Shown here piece by piece: positions 45,026 to 60,579 of a stretch of DNA of 64,000 bases. The stretch lies in the NCBI RefSeq assembly GCF_009914755.1, contig NC_060928.1; one strand, 5' to 3'. Below the pieces are notes generated by a model. The model was not told the origin of the DNA, did not search any database, and worked only from the letters and a program-made list of their open reading frames with translations. The DNA comes from the human T2T-CHM13v2.0 reference genome, Homo sapiens. The position numbers and the translations under genes were made by a program. Each line of letters starts with the position of its first letter. The first letter of the stretch is position 1.

Positions 45026-45310
45026 CTCTAAAAGGAACTACATGCTCCACATTTTCTTCAGGCCTAATTGTCTCCTTTTTTGTATCTTCATTGTTAGCCT
45101 CTCCTTTTACTGATCTTCAATAATGCTAATGGTAAAAGCTGAATTTATATCGTTTAACTACATGCTGTACATTTTTAAAGCTCCATATTACAGATAAGAA
45201 AGCTGGAATACAGAAAAGTTATAAAAGATGACCCAGCTTCTCTCATGGGTTGATCTTGGGTACTCTACAATCCTTCTCTGTACATTTGCTCATGTATTTT
45301 GCTGATTTAA

Positions 45311-45643
<333 letters not shown>

Positions 45644-47350
45644 TGATTACAGGATTTCTATCTCTAGCTCAGACTTTGTGCTCCAAGTTTACATAAAGAA
45701 CTGCATAACTGCCATCTTCACTTGGATGTCTCAAGCATCTCAAATGTAATGTGAAGGGAAGAGAACACCCTCTCTTCCCCCACTCCAACACACCGTAAAC
45801 TGTTCCACAGTTGTAACCTACTCTGCCTGCCTCCTTTCTCTCTCAGTAAATACACCATCATCCATTCATGCAGTTGCTCAGTCTAAAAACAAAAAATTCC
45901 CATAATTTTTCCACTTCCATCTCCCCTTCTCTATCACATGCATTAGCAAATCCTGTCAACTTTACCTCCAAAATATACCCCATTTGAGCTACGTGCCTCC
46001 ATCTCCATTATTGTCACCCTTCCCAGACCAGCTGGAGACAGGGTCTCCTGACTGTTCTCTTCACTTCTGCTCAATCCAAGGAATCCCCTTAAAAACAAAT
46101 CCAATCAGATATTTTCTGAGATGACTCCTGTATATCATGTCATCACAGCACATACCTTTTGATCAATCTTAGAAAACTCAGAGGAATTTCCCAATTATGG
46201 GCTGAGAAATGCCACTGAGTGTTATTTGCAAAAACCCTGTGACCACCAAATTTGATAGGTTGTAAATACTAAAAATGAACTGTAGCCCTGAATGATGGGG
46301 GAGGGATGGGCCTCACGCAGCTGCCAGTTTTCATGTCCCTGGACACCAGCCCTGTGCCCGACCACTGGGCACTTGCTAGCTCATTCAGCTCTCATCAGCA
46401 TACTTGGAGCCAGTGACTTCCCCATCACCCAGGCAACCAACCCAGTTTCTACTGTGGTGGCCACATTCCAGAAGTGGGAGGACAGGAGCAGAGGAGGAGA
46501 GCTGGTCCACAAAGCAGTGTCAGACCTAACAGAGCCTCCTAAGTCATGGTGAAGGGGTTGGATTTGATTCCCAGCAGAAAAGCAGGGAGGGATTCTGTGT
46601 GATCCTCCCAGGCTCAGGTGAGCATTCACTTTTGTGAGCAGTGAATGCTATGTCATTTGAGGTTTTGTCTTATGGGGCAGCAGAGACACACTGCCCAAAT
46701 CCCAGCCAGAAGGGCAGGCTGGGAAGCTGGCATGAAGGAAGGAGCTCCAAGTCACTGGGGGACCCCGGCATCCAAACAACAGAGTAGGATGCAGGTATGG
46801 CCAGAGACAAGGGGAAAGATCAGTTCAGTGAATTTGGCATTTAAACAATCTTTAAGGAGATCACTGGGCAGAGAATGAGTGGCCGACTTTTCAGGCAGTG
46901 AGAACAATATGGGGAAAGGCCACAGAAGCAGGGGCACGCTGGTAAACACCAGGACTCTGGGGCTGGTGCCAGAGGATGGGTAAATTTTGATGGGCACCTG
47001 AGAATCCAGGATAGTCCAGCTCATTGGTGATGTTCAGGAGAGTCTGATTTGTAGTGGAAAGATGCCCCTATTCAGAGATGCCAGGCTGTGGTAGGAGAGC
47101 TGGGAAGAGAGATGGTACAAAGGAAGATAGCTCAGAATCCACTTCTGAGTTCCCCAGGGGGTGTTGTAAGGCTCTTCCCTGTGCTCCTAGACTGTGCTAT
47201 ACTTACCCCTTCCATGGCACAATCTGTGCCTATCACTCTGATTTTATGTGTATTGTTTTATGATATCAGAATCTAACTTTCTTTTCAGGAGATTCAGAAC
47301 ATGGAGATGAATTATTAAAACAAAAAACAAAACAAAAGTAGAAAAGACTG

Positions 47351-47741
47351 TGCTGTGGTTCGAATGTGTCCCCTCCAAAATTCAGGTGTTGCCAATGTGA
47401 CAGTATTAAGAAGTGGGCCTTCAACAGGTGATTAGGCAATAACGGCTCCTCCCTGTGAATGTGAATGTGATTGAGAGCCTTAGGAAAGCTTTCATGCGGC
47501 ATCCGGTCTCTTGCCATTTGGCCGTCCCTCATGTGAGGACACAGCATTCCTTTCCACCCCGAGATGTGGCAATAAGTTACCCTCCTGGGAGCAGGGAGTG
47601 GTCCTTGCCAGACAATTGCAGCTACAGGTACTTAGATCTTGGGCTTTCAAGACTCCAGGAATGTGAGAAATACATTTCTGTCCTTTATAAATTGCCTCGT
47701 CTTTGGGATTATGTTATAGCAGCAACAAACAAACTAGGACA
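47351..47741 (+). mobile_element. MSTD-like MaLR solo LTR within an L1ME remnant (~47290-48680)
   Basis: tgctgtggttcgaatgtgtcccctccaaaattcaggtgttgcc...aaactaggaca. Confidence 0.85.
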
Positions 47742-48834
47742 CACCTATAATCCAATCACCCAAAAATAACCTCTGCAAACATCTGGCCGATGCTCTTTGG
47801 GCATTTTTTTTTTTTCTATGTTTGTGTTTGTGTGTTTTTCTGTATGACAAATTAGGTTCAAAATATGCACATCATTTTCTAGCCAGTTTTTTTCACTCCA
47901 TAATATATAGATATTAGAACTATATGTCAATGTCCACACATATCCATCCATATTGCAATATTTAGTAGTTTCCTGGTATTTATATGTTATATGCACATAA
48001 CACAGTTTCTGCAGCCGATCTGCGGCCTTTGAATGTTAGGTCATTTCTAATTCTTGGCTTTTATAAATAAGCCACAGTAAATACTGCAGTACTCATACAT
48101 TTTTAAACTCTAAATATTTCTTTAGGATTATGCCCCCAGAAATATTCTTTTTCATTAAAGATTGATACACTATTAAGGATCTAGGATATATTACCAGATT
48201 GTTCTTAGGAAAGTTTATTTCTCTTAAGGGTGCCTATTTCCCCACAACCTAGCAAACATTGGAAATTATTCTCCCTTTTTCTCCCAATGTAATAGGAAAA
48301 CAATGATATTTCATGATGTCTTTATTGTAGATTGTCTTTCTTTCATTCTTGATAAAAATAGACTTTTTAATAGGTTTATAACCACTTAATTTTTTTCTTT
48401 TGAAAATGACCAGCTCATATTATCTGCCTGTCTTTCTATTGGGGTATTTACCTTTGATTTGTTTTTTACCAATATGAAAATATTTTTATATAGATAAGCT
48501 TTGATCATTTATATTGCAAAAAAACTATTTCAGTTTGTCTGACATTTTAACTTTGTTTACAATATTTTAACCATTCAGAATCTCTTTAGCATGATGCAAC
48601 CATATTTAGCCCTAGTTTCTTTCATGATTTCTGCATTTGGGGTCATGCTTTCAGAGCCCATCACCACCCTGTGATTAGGTAAATGGAAACCAGATGTGAG
48701 TGCAGTAGCAGTCGCTGCAGCTGTGGCATCTGCCGTCGCAGGATCTGTGTGCAGGAAGCTTAGTCCATCCACACACCAGTTTCAACAATAAATCCATTCA
48801 CACCAATTGTTTTGTGCTGATTGGGGGAGGGTAG

Positions 48835-49110
<276 letters not shown>

Positions 49111-50648
49111 TGAGAACCAAAAGGTTTTTTTGTTTTTTTTTTGTTTGTTTTTTTAATTGCGCAGAGCAATTAATGAACTGCTTTTTGATGTGCAAGCATT
49201 CCTTGAAGGTCTTGGTCTGAAACCCAAGCAGCTTATTAAATATGTCTTCCAAACAAACATAATACTGTCTTCCAAAAGATTTTGGTGAACATATTTTTTT
49301 TCCTCCAATGTATTATATAAATACATTCCTACATTTTATTTTAGTGACTTACTAATTTTATACTTAATATTTGATTATATATCCAACCCTCAAGTGGTTT
49401 TTGTATCAGGAGTGTAAAACTACAAGATAATTTTTGGAATTCTTAACTCATCTGTATCAAACAATGATCACTAGCCTAAGGGCTACAGAAGGTGTATGTG
49501 TTTTTGTTTGTTTGTTTGCATCCTCACTTCTTTTCACAGAGTCTGATAACATTGTAAGTGAGGCCAGATTTAGACTTTCCCAAATTCAAGTAAGGCATTG
49601 CCCCTTACAAATGAAATTCAAGAACATTGTCTCAACTGGACAAACTGAAAGTTTTCGCTTTGTTTACAATGCTCTATAGTGAAAGGCACGTTTTATCCTG
49701 CCTTGGATCTTTTTCCTCTTTATTTTGGTAATACCACCCTGATATTCCTCTGCAGAACTGAGGGTGAGCTGGGAAGGTTATGTGTAGTCAATCAGAACAC
49801 TGTATCCCCATGGCCATAGTCATTGTCTCAGGGATGGACAAGTGACTTAAACCAGATCAATGAGAGATTCCACAGGCCTTTTGATGGAAGTTTCAGAAAG
49901 TGATGCAGGTATAAATGTGGAGAGATGTCCTATGGAGCCCACCTTTGCCACCCTAAATAAATATGTCAACATATAGGAAAGTAAAACTGAGAGAAAAAGA
50001 CATATTTCTGAAATGGTTATTTGAACACTAGCTCTATCGTGCACAATTCTTTTATGAGAATGAACAAATTTCTCTTTAGGCTTAAACCAACTTGAGTTAG
50101 TTTGCTGTTTCTTGCATCCCCAGATTTTATTCACTATCTCAAAATTGAGGCAGTCTAACATACAACCCTTGTATGAAAGATCTGTGCTTATTAACACAAA
50201 GATCTCAAAGTCATTGATAGTTCTGGTCCTTGTTGCCCCAGTTTATCCCTATGAGCTTCCTGAGATATACTAGGATCCACAGCCAATAATCTTCTTGGGC
50301 TAGTGTATTAACTAGCATTGATTGAATTCCTAGTATGTATAATGCATCGTAAGTACATTCATTATCTCTATTCCTTCCACCAATATGTAAAATTACTCAT
50401 GAGGAACTGAGGCTTTTACTAGGTCCTATAAAATGTAGAAGTCACAGAGTTGGTAACTGAGGTGCAGGTGTGTGGTGATTATGAGTATGTTCTCAGCAGC
50501 AAGACTACCCAGACATGAAGATCTAGTTCTACCACAATCTAGTTGCATATCTAGGTCTATCACTTAATAGCTACAAGACACTGGAGAAGTGACTCAAGTG
50601 GTCCTTGTCTCACTTTCCTCATCTATAAATGAGAATAATGATAGAACT

Positions 50649-52965
50649 CATATTAGTCTGTTTTCATGCTGCTGATAAAGACATACCTGACACTGGGAAG
50701 AAAAAGAGGTTTTATTGGACTTACAGTTCCACATGGTGGGGGGGGGGGCCTTACAGTCATGGCAGAAGGCAAGGAGGAGCAAGTCACATCTTACGTGGAT
50801 GACAGCAGGGAAGAGAGAGCTTGTGCAGGGAAATTCCTGTTTTTAAAACCATCAGATCTCATGAGACTTATTCACTATCATGAAAACAGCACAGGAAAGA
50901 CCCACCCTCATGATTCAATTACCTCTCACCAGGTTCCTTCCATGACATGTGGGAATCATGGAGTTACAATTCAAGATGAAATTTGGGTAGGGACACAGCC
51001 AAACCATATCATTTTGCCCCTGGCCCCTCCCAAATCTCATGTACTAACATTTCAAAACCAATCGTGCCTTCCCAACAGTTCCCCAAAGTCTCAACTCATT
51101 TCAGCATTAACTCAAAAGTCCACAGTTCCAAGTCTCACCTGAAACAAGGCAAGTCCCTTCCACCTATAAGCCGTAAAATCAAAAGCAAACCTATAAGCCG
51201 TAAAATCGAAAGCAAGTTAGTTACTTCCTAGATACAATGGGGGTACAGGCATTGGGTAAATACAGCCATTCCAAATGGGAGAAATTGGCCAAAACAAACG
51301 GACTACAGTCTGCATGCAAGTCAAAAATCCAAAGAGGCAGTCAAATCTTAAAGCTCCAAATTTATCTCCTTTGACTCCATATCTCACATCCAGTTCACAC
51401 TGATGCATGAGGTGGGTTCCCATGGTCTTGGACACCTCTGTCCCTGTGGCTCTGCAAGGTACAGCCTCTTGGCTGCTTTCAAAGGGTGGTCTTGAGTGTC
51501 TGGCTTTTCCAGGCACAAAGTTCAAGCTGCAAGTGGATCTGTCATTCTGGGGTCTGGAGGACAGTGGCCTTCTTCTCACAGCTCCACTAGGCAGTGCCCC
51601 AGTAGGAGTTCTGTGTGGGGGCTCTGACCCCACATTTCCCTTCTGCACTACCCTAGCAGAGGCTCTTCATGAGGACCCCACCCTTACAGCAAACTTCTGC
51701 CTGGGCATCCAGGCATTTCCATACATATTCTGAAATCTAGGCAAAGGCTCCCAAACCTCAATTCTTGACTTCTGTGCACTTGCAGGCTCAACACCATATG
51801 GAAGCTGCTGAAGCTTGGGGCTTGCACCCTCTGAAGCCACGGCTTGAGCTCTACATTAGCCCATTTCAGCACAGCTGGAACAGCTGGGTTGCAGGGCACC
51901 AAGTCCCTAGGCTATGCACAGCACAGGGACCCTAGCCCGGCCCATGAAACCACTTTTTCCTCCTAGGCCTCCAGGCCTGTGATGGGAGGGGCTGCTGTGA
52001 AGACCTTTGACATGCCCTGGAGACATTTTCCCCATTGTCTCAGGGATTAACATTTGGATCTCCATTACTTATGCAAATTTTTGCAACCAGCTTAAATTTC
52101 TCCTCAGAAAATTGAATTTTCTTTTCTATCACATTGTCAGGCTGCAAATTTGTGAACTTTTATGCTGTTTCCCTTTTAAAACTGAATGCTTTTAACAGCA
52201 CCCAAGTCACCTCTTGAATGCTTTGCTGCTTAGAGATTTCTTCCGCCAGATACCATAAATCATCTCTCTCAAGTTCAAAGTTCCACAAATCTCTAGGGCA
52301 GGGGCAAAATGCTGCCAGTCTCTTTGCTAAAACATAACAAGAGTCACCTTTGCTCCAGTTCCCAACAAGTTCCTCATCTGCATCTGAGACCACCTCAGCT
52401 TGGACTTTATTGCCCATATCACTATCAGCATTTTGGGCAAGGCCATTCAACAACTCTCTAGGAAGTTCCCAACTTTCCCACATTTTCCTGGCTTCTTCTG
52501 AGCCCTCCAAACTGTTCCAACCTCTGCCTGTTACACAGTTCTAAAGTTGCTTCCACATTTTCAGGTAACTTTTCAGCAGCACCCCACTCTCAGTACCAAT
52601 TTACTGTATTAGTCTGTTTTCATGCTGCTGATAAAGACATATCTGACACTGGGAAGAAAAAGAGATATTAATGGACTTACAGTTCCACATGGATGGGGAG
52701 GCCTCACAATCACGGTGGAAGGCAAGGAGGAGCAAGTCTCATCTTACATGGATGGCGGCAGGCAAAGAGAGAACTTGTGCAGGGAAACTCTTGTTTTTAA
52801 AACAATCAGATCTCGTGAGACTTATTCACTATCACAAGAACAGCATGAGAAAGACCTACCCTGATGATTCAATTACCTACCATCAGGATCCTCCCATGAC
52901 ACATGGGAATTGTGGAGTTACAATTCAAGATGAGACTTGGGTGGGGACACAGCCAAACCACATCA
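50649..52965 (-). mobile_element. Full-length THE1 provirus (LTR 50649-51011, internal, LTR 52605-52965) inserted into a MIR
   Basis: Two direct LTRs, THE1-int, and a perfect TSD gaact at 50644-50648 and 52966-52970. There is a 27-bp tandem duplication at 51162-51215. Confidence 0.95.
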
Positions 52966-53337
52966 GAACTACAGTAAGTAGTTACTTAAAGAACTTAGTG
53001 AGATAATACATAAATAAAAGAACAGAGGCTGACATTTGGTAAGTACCCAATGGGAATGAACTATTTTCATTTCCTGGTGTTTCAGGGCCAGACTAGGAGA
53101 ACAGAAGTCCATATCATGATAGAATACAGACGGTCACTTGGATACTCCATAAATGACTAAAATCTCTTTCATATGGAGTTACCAGGACCTCGTTTTAGTT
53201 GTTGGACTTGGAAGCCCAGTACATTTCCTCCCCACCCCTTTTATCATCTTGACCTTAGAACAGGAAGGATGTGAAGCTCAGGGCACTGGTGCTGTCTTCT
53301 CCTTTAAGCATGGAAAGTTTGGCTGGCAAAGTAGGGA

Positions 53338-53338
<1 letters not shown>

Positions 53339-53402
<64 letters not shown>
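53339..53402. repeat. Compound microsatellite (TG)22(AG)10
   Basis: Read directly from the sequence. Confidence 0.95.
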
Positions 53403-53659
53403 CAAGCCAGAGAAAGAAAACCAACAGCCTCACTTGAGCCCTGAATCAACTCTTAGACAAAAGGCAACTTGGTCCCCTGGCTTCCCATTTGTAGGAGTCA
53501 GTAGATTTTACTTTGCTTTAATCAAATCCAGGTGGTAATTCTGTCAAAACTGAAATAGCCTGGCAAATACAGCCCTTCAACTTTGTGAAGGACATTGTAG
53601 ATAAATCTTACTCTCTTCTAACTTTTGATGTATCCTCTCTCTGAGCCCTGATGCCTCCC

Positions 53660-54030
53660 TGATATGGTTTGGATTTGTGTCCCCACCCAAATCACATGTC
53701 CAGTTGTAATCCCCCATGTTGGAGAGGGGACTGATATGGGGTGATTAGATCATGGGGGCAGAATTCCCCCTTGCTGTTCTCATGATAGTGAATGTGTTCC
53801 CATGAGATCTGGTTGTTTAAAAGAGTGTACCACCTCCACCTTTGCTCTCTTCCTCCTGCTCCAGCCATGTAGGATGTGTTCACCTTCTGCCATGATTATA
53901 AGTTTCCTGAGGCCTCCCAGCCATGCTTCCTGTACAGCCTGTGGAACCATAAACCAACTAAACCTCTTTTCTTTATAAATTACCCAGTCTCAGGTAGTGC
54001 TTTATAGCAATGCGAGAACAGACTAATACA
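53660..54030 (+). mobile_element. MSTA-like solo LTR
   Basis: tgatatggtttggatttgtgtcccc...gaacagactaataca termini. No clear TSD. Confidence 0.9.
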
Positions 54031-55424
54031 GCAGCTCACTTCTTTCATCCATTCCATTACTTCATCAGTTCTTATTGAGTATCTACCCTGTGGCCACATC
54101 ACTTACATTGCTTCCGCACAGTCTATGACATTAACTTGGTGGTCTCACTTCATCACTGTGAATCTCTCTCATCCTCAGTAGAATGATGCTACACATCTTA
54201 ACTCCCAGGAATGTGTGGTGAGCAAATAAAAGCCATAGTTTGAAAACCCTGAAGTGATCTATAAACATGGAATGATATCTGTATGTTCTGGTAACCTGAG
54301 CAGGAAACAACTTCTGCAATATTGTAAATGTGTGCTTTATGTTCCTTTAGGGAGCAGGTAGAGTATAATGGTTAGTTAAAATATCTGTGGTAAATTAGAC
54401 TTACCACAAGATTCCACATGTGAATTGGCACAAAGTGGCACATGGTGATAAACATGTAAATCTGAAGTTGTCTATTGGTTATGTGAATTTTTTCATAGTC
54501 TTTCTAAAGTCTTGCAGGAATTATTTTAAAAGCAGAATAAAGTGATAAGAGGACATTTCTTGCCACTATAAAATAAGGTAGAACAGGGAAAACATAATAA
54601 TACATTAAAAAATGGAGTTTCTAATCACTTACTATGTGTTTGTCACTGTGCTAAGTACTCTATATGATTTTCTCAGTTAAATTGCATGCCACCCTGTCAG
54701 TTTTTCTCATTTTATAGTGGAGTAAACTGAGGCTCACAGAAGTTACATATCTAACCCCAAATCATAGCACCATTAGGTGAAAGGGCACGTCTACAGTAAA
54801 GTTGGCTTTCTAAAAACGAATACGTAGTCTTTAATACTTTTCAATACCAAAACTATAGTCAAATTTTCCCTTTTTCCTCAACAGTATCTCTTTTAAGTTG
54901 GCTTAAACAAATCACATAAGAATATAGAATTTAAACTGAGATTCTAAATGGCAAGAAAGAGGAGGCACAAGACATAAGAAAAGGCCACCAAAACCCCAGG
55001 AGAAGCCAGCAGCAAGGCCTGAGGTGGGTGCTCATTTGGTGTGTGTGGCACCAAAAGAAGGCCATTGTAGCTCCAGCACAGTTTACAGAAACCTGACCCA
55101 CAGTGAAAAATGTAAACACTAAAGCCAGAAGCCATTAGTTCTTTATGATGAGAATATAATCAGTATTACAAATAGCTTAAGGTCAAGGTCAAAGATACTG
55201 GCATGGATAATAAAGGGATACAAAAGTGCAGAAGAGGAAGACAATGGCATGAGCCTTGGAGAGACTTCCAAGAAGTAAGACTTCTAAGTAAATCTTTCAA
55301 GAAAGACTTCCTAGATGGGGTCTTGAAGTTGTACAAGACCTTTAATTCAGTTCTGCCACCATCTGTTTATGCAGAGGATCTAAACTTCATTACTTTGACA
55401 GTTCTGGCAAGTCAAGTAAATGAG

Positions 55425-55599
55425 TAAAGGAGACTGAGGGTAAACAGATTCTCCCTAGAGCCTCCCATAGGGCGAATGTCCCCATCAACACCTTGATTTT
55501 GAATTCCTGATCTCCAGAATTGTGAGAGAATACATTTCTGTAGCTTTAAGCCAGCATGTCTGTGATCACTTGTTATGGCAGCTATGAGGAACTAATACA
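55425..55599 (+). mobile_element. MLT1C/D 3' fragment
   Basis: aacagattctccctagagcctcc...gaactaataca. Confidence 0.8.
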
Positions 55600-56850
55600 T
55601 CCTCCTTCACAGTGTTGTGTGGATTAAATGGCACATGGTAAGGACTAGGTGAAGGTTAAATCTTCTCTTCATCTATTTCTCTTCTGTGAAATGATATGAA
55701 TACCACTGACCTGGAGGCCTAGCTGGTCATGTGCAGAAGAGGATTTTTGCTGAAGGTAAGAAACATCTGCCTCAGGCTACTCTCTTGCATGGTCCCCTTA
55801 AAAGATATTCCTCATGTCATCTGTTTTTGCAGAAATTGCAAAAGTGCAATATCTTAGTACTTTTTATCCCAGAGAACCTCCCAAGCTATACAAGCCTCTG
55901 GCTTCACAAGCTGGATCTGGCTTTGGTTGCTGGTTGTGTGGACTAAAAGTCTGCAATCCTCAGTAGGTTATCAAATAGATACGCACCGTGTACCTCTTAT
56001 GTGCAAGGCATTGCAAGGCTACCTGGAAATGGAGAGAAGAGAAAGGAAACGCGGTTCTTCAAATCCACTGTAACTTCTGCCCCATCTCTAAAAAGTGGGA
56101 CTTGTTTATATCCTGCCTCATTCCACCAAAGATTTGATGTGCTTACAGGAAACAAGCTCAATAAAACTATAAACCTCAAAAAAAATTGAAGTCAGTAAAA
56201 ATACTAGAGATAGGACAGAGGCTTTGTGGATGAGGCCAGTTACCTTGGCCCTATTGTCTGTGAGGGTGAACAGGAAATCAGCAAGGTTGGGAATGATACT
56301 ACAGAGAACAAGAGCACTACGGTCACTGACAGGTCCACAGCAGCTGGAGTGTCACTCAGAGGGACACACTGCAGTCACCAGATCAGCAAAGTGGTCCAGG
56401 GCAAGGGCACATAGACTGCAGATACCTTGCTATAGAACTTGGACTTCACCTGTTAGCAACTGGGAGCCACCCAGGTGTCTGTGAGCATGGTGGTGATGTG
56501 AGGTCACTCAAGACTATTTATGCGATGTGATTTCAGGCTACTCAGATGTCCTCAGTCCTGCATTTATGCCTTTTCCTATATCTGATTGTCTGTCTGCATC
56601 TGGCAACAGATCCTTCTCTCCTAGCTTCCTAGGGATCACATGACCCAAGATTGGCCATTTTTCTCTCTTGGGAATTTGAATATTGAGGCACACAGATGTG
56701 GCCAAAATGGACGGTAGAGCTGTGTACTGTGGTCGCAGTTGCAGGAGAGAAGATTCACCTATCCTTACTGCCAAGGCCCCCAGAGCCACACGGCTCATGT
56801 CTTTCCTGAATCTTAGTTGTTGATTCCTTACTTCTGTGGGATTCCCCTGT

Positions 56851-57247
56851 TGTGTTTGGCCATTTTTGCATTGCTATAAAGAAACATCTGAGGCTGCGTA
56901 ATTTATAAAGAACAGAGGTTTATTTGGCTCTTGGTTCTGCAGGCTTTACAAGATGCACGGTGCTGGCATCTGCTCAGGGAGCTTACCATCATGGTGGAAG
57001 TTGAAGGCGCAGTGGGCATGTCACATGGTGAGAGCAGGAGTAAAAGAGAGATAAGAGCGAGGTCCAAGACTGTTTTAAACAACCAGAACTAACTGAGCGA
57101 GTACTCACTTATCACCAAGGGGATGGCGCTAAACCATTCATGAGGGATTCGTTCCCAGGGTACAGTCTCCTCCCACCAAACCTCACCTCCAACACGGGGA
57201 ACACGTCAACAGGAGATTTTGAGGAGACAAAGATCCAAACCATGTTA
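56851..57247 (-). mobile_element. MSTB-like solo LTR
   Basis: tgtgtttggcc...gcattgctataaagaaa...atccaaaccatgtta, perfect TSD cctgt. Confidence 0.9.
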
Positions 57248-57727
57248 CCTGTGTTCTTCAAACAGATTCATTTTGTGTTCAAGTTAGTTGGAAGTAATTT
57301 CTGTTACTTGCAATCAATACTTGGCAGCTGTAACCCAAATCCTAACTGCGAATTTCTTCATTTCTCCATACAACTGCCTAATACAGTCTATTTATTAGCT
57401 TTAGATTTTATCCCTTAGAAGTAGGCAAAATGACTCTGGGAAGAGAAGATTGTGGATTCTAAGAAGCCATTTACGTGTTAGCATGAATTAACATTATCCT
57501 TTCTTGAAGAAGTATTTTGAAAGTGCGGAAAATAAAGGGTGGGAAGAGTGTATCATTGGGCAAGAAAGAGGAAACTGAAGTTCTGGGAAGCCACTTTAAC
57601 AGATTCTAGAGTTCTATCTCATGTTAAACTCATATTCCTCTTACTGTTCTCTCTCTCATTTCCCGACTCCTGACAACCCCAGTTCTTTTCAGCCTACTGG
57701 ACATCTCTAAGAAATTCTGGGACCTGT

Positions 57728-58024
57728 GGGGCTGGTGGCTCAAACCTGTAATCCCAGCTCTTTGGGAGGCCGAGGCAGGCAGATCACGAGGTCAGGAGAT
57801 CGAGACCATCCTGGCTGACACAGTGAAACACTGTGTCTACTAAAAATACGAAAAATTAGCTGGGCGTGGCGGCGGGCACCTGTAGTCCCAGCTACTCGGG
57901 AGGCTGAGGCAGGAGAATGGCGTGAACCCGGGAGGCGGAGCTTGTAGTGAGCCAAGATCACACCACTGCACTCCAGCCTGGGAAACATGCAGGACTCCGT
58001 CTCAAAAAAAAAAAAAAAAGAAAA
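57728..58024 (+). mobile_element. AluY
   Basis: gagatcgagaccatcctggct and gaatggcgtgaacccgggaggcggagctt. 19-bp TSD aagaaattctggga[c/t]ctgt. Confidence 0.95.
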
Positions 58025-58189
58025 AAGAAATTCTGGGATCTGTTGATGGTCACTAAGAGAAGGCTACATTTTAAATAATTTAGACTCTTCCATTAACAGG
58101 ACCCACAGCTCTCTTTTCTCTGCAAGTGGCCATGAGGCATATGCATGGACACTCCCAGGTACAGAAAGCAGCTGTCCCTCTCAGCAGTC

Positions 58190-58810
58190 AATCCCTTTGA
58201 AGATTAGTATTTACATGAAGCTAAATTCAACTTCATGGATGATTTACCTATTGACTAGAAGTTTTTCTTCTAAAATCAACCTGCTTTATTGTCAACATAT
58301 AGTCCTTCAAACACTGGAAAACAGTTATTGAGGGTGCATAAAGATTTCACTGAGCAAAATGTATCTAGGCCTCACAGGCACACATTTAGATTTGTTGATG
58401 CGCTTCCCATGCTGGGTTATTTCTCCATCTTGTAATTGTCTCTTTGCAAATGTAAGGCCAGAACTGGGCAGAGAATGAACTCCAGATATGATCAAATCAA
58501 TGCAGAAGAATGCAGGCCTATCACTTCCCTTGATCTGGAACTTAAACTTCTGTGAGATTGTATAACATTTTGTTAGCTTTCTAAATCATTGGTTTGTTGC
58601 AAACTCAGTTTATTCAGAAGAAAGATAACGATGGAGTTAAGAATGGAAAGTAGAAAGAAGTCATAGAGGTTTATCTGCTTGCTAAGGTATTTTGACTTTT
58701 ACCTATTGATGATGAAAAGCATGCCTGTAGCTAGAACAGGTCACATATGTTCTAAGTGCTATATTTTCAATTCAGTGTTTGAACCCAAATATAGGACTTC
58801 TCTTTTGCCC
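58190..58810 (-). mobile_element. L3/CR1 remnant
   Basis: ccagaactg...actccagat...cctatcacttcccttgatctgga and tttgaacccaaatataggact. Confidence 0.55.
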
Positions 58811-59529
58811 TACTTGTCCTGGATTGGGGCTGCTCCCTATGTAGTTTGACCCAGTGGGAGCTCCTTGCTAGGGAGGGGCTGGATCCTGAAGGATGTTGTC
58901 TTCCTCCCTCCAAGGAGATTTCCATTTCTTATTTTTAAGCATAACTCTCTACCCCCACCTCGACCCCCGCCTGCCTTATGAAGTATCTGGAGAAGATAGT
59001 GGTTGATTATATCAAGAAATGTGAGGTCAGAGAAGCGGCCATTGGATCTGGCAAGGTCAAGGTCATTAGTGACCTTGAACAGAGACATTCCTGTGGAGTG
59101 AAGGGAAATGAAACCTCTCTATTTCCACCACCACCAGATTGATTTGGACACTTCTCATCTAACTCCTGGGTGACCTCCCCCTCCTAATCTCCCTCATCAA
59201 CCCATCCTCACATCACCACCATCTTGGGCACAGGCCCAGACATAATTGTTTCCTACTTACATCTTTGGTGCTGCATTTTCTTGATGACAAGGCCCTTCAC
59301 AATCAAGTCCCCACAACGTTTCTTGCCCTGTCTCTGACACCCAGTATTCTAGTTACTCTGGACTATTTCTTATTTCTCAAGTCGTGTGCCTGCTACCTCT
59401 GTGGTTTGATCATTTAGTTCCTTTCTGCAGCAGGTAGTTTTTCTAAGACTTTGCTCATGGAGCCATCTGGAATCTCCCCAAACTCCCCCTGCCTCTCCCT
59501 CTTCTGTTTACCTGGCAGAGTAGGGGAGA

Positions 59530-59705
59530 GGTGGCAAGCTGAGAGATAGGGGAACTTCACTTCTAATTCTGGCTCTGCCACTAATAGGCTTGGTGACTTG
59601 AGTAAAGCCTTTCTCTGCTCTGGGTACCGATGTCCCACTCTCTGAAATGAGGGGGTTTGACTGCAATGGTTTTAAGGGCCCTTTCATCTGGAATATGCTC
59701 TGATT
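59530..59705 (+). mobile_element. MIR
   Basis: ttctggctctgccactaa...gtgacttgagtaaag...tctgaaatgagggggtttgac. Confidence 0.75.
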
Positions 59706-60579
59706 CCAAGGACAGTGGTATAGATTACACGCGGGACACCTACCACCAAAACTGTAGAAAGAGAGGCTATTAAACCCTGTTAATTAGAAGCTAACCTGGT
59801 CTTTGGTTAAATGGGAAAGAAGGTGATGGTGGGGGCTTCTACGGGGAACCTGCTTTGCTGGCTGGTTTTCCACGCCTAGGTCTGGGGCACAGCATCTGAC
59901 AGGTAAACTTGGCCAATGTTCAGGATTGGCCAGTGGACCCTCACTGAGCCGGCATGGCCAGTTCCAGGTTTCAAATACTTCTTCAAATGTCCAAAGCTTT
60001 GGGGCCTGAAATAGAATTTTCTTTTAAACCATTGTTATATGACGGTAGAAGTGTTCCTCACTTCGAGATGCTTAGTGATGACTAGTTTTATTTTTATACC
60101 CACCATTTCCTCTTGAAGAAATTAAACAAATAAACAGATGCCACCCTCTCTCCCTCTTCTCTTTTTTGGCTTAGGTCCTCCGACAATGCAGTGCTTTCTG
60201 CACCATCTGCTGGCTCTGCAAAGGTAATTAACAAAGGCACACTATTCCCAGATGAGGCTGGTTTATAAAGGACAAACCATGCTAGGAAAACGGAGAGGAA
60301 CAAAGTAAGATCGTAGCAGACAGGCAAGGCTGCTGCAGTCCTGACTGCCAGTGGAGTGTGTTGTTAGAGCTTCTTGTCAAATTATAACTCCTAAAAATGA
60401 ATTCAAACAGATTTAACCAAGGGCATGGAATTTCACCCCTGCTGGGAGCCCTAAAGAAAGGGTGAGGAAAATTGTAGGGTGTCCAGTATTTTCTGACTCC
60501 CAGATCTTATTTTCTATATTTAATGTAATTTTTAAAGAAGGAGATATAAAAACTAACGTCAATGGAAGCTCAAAGTGAA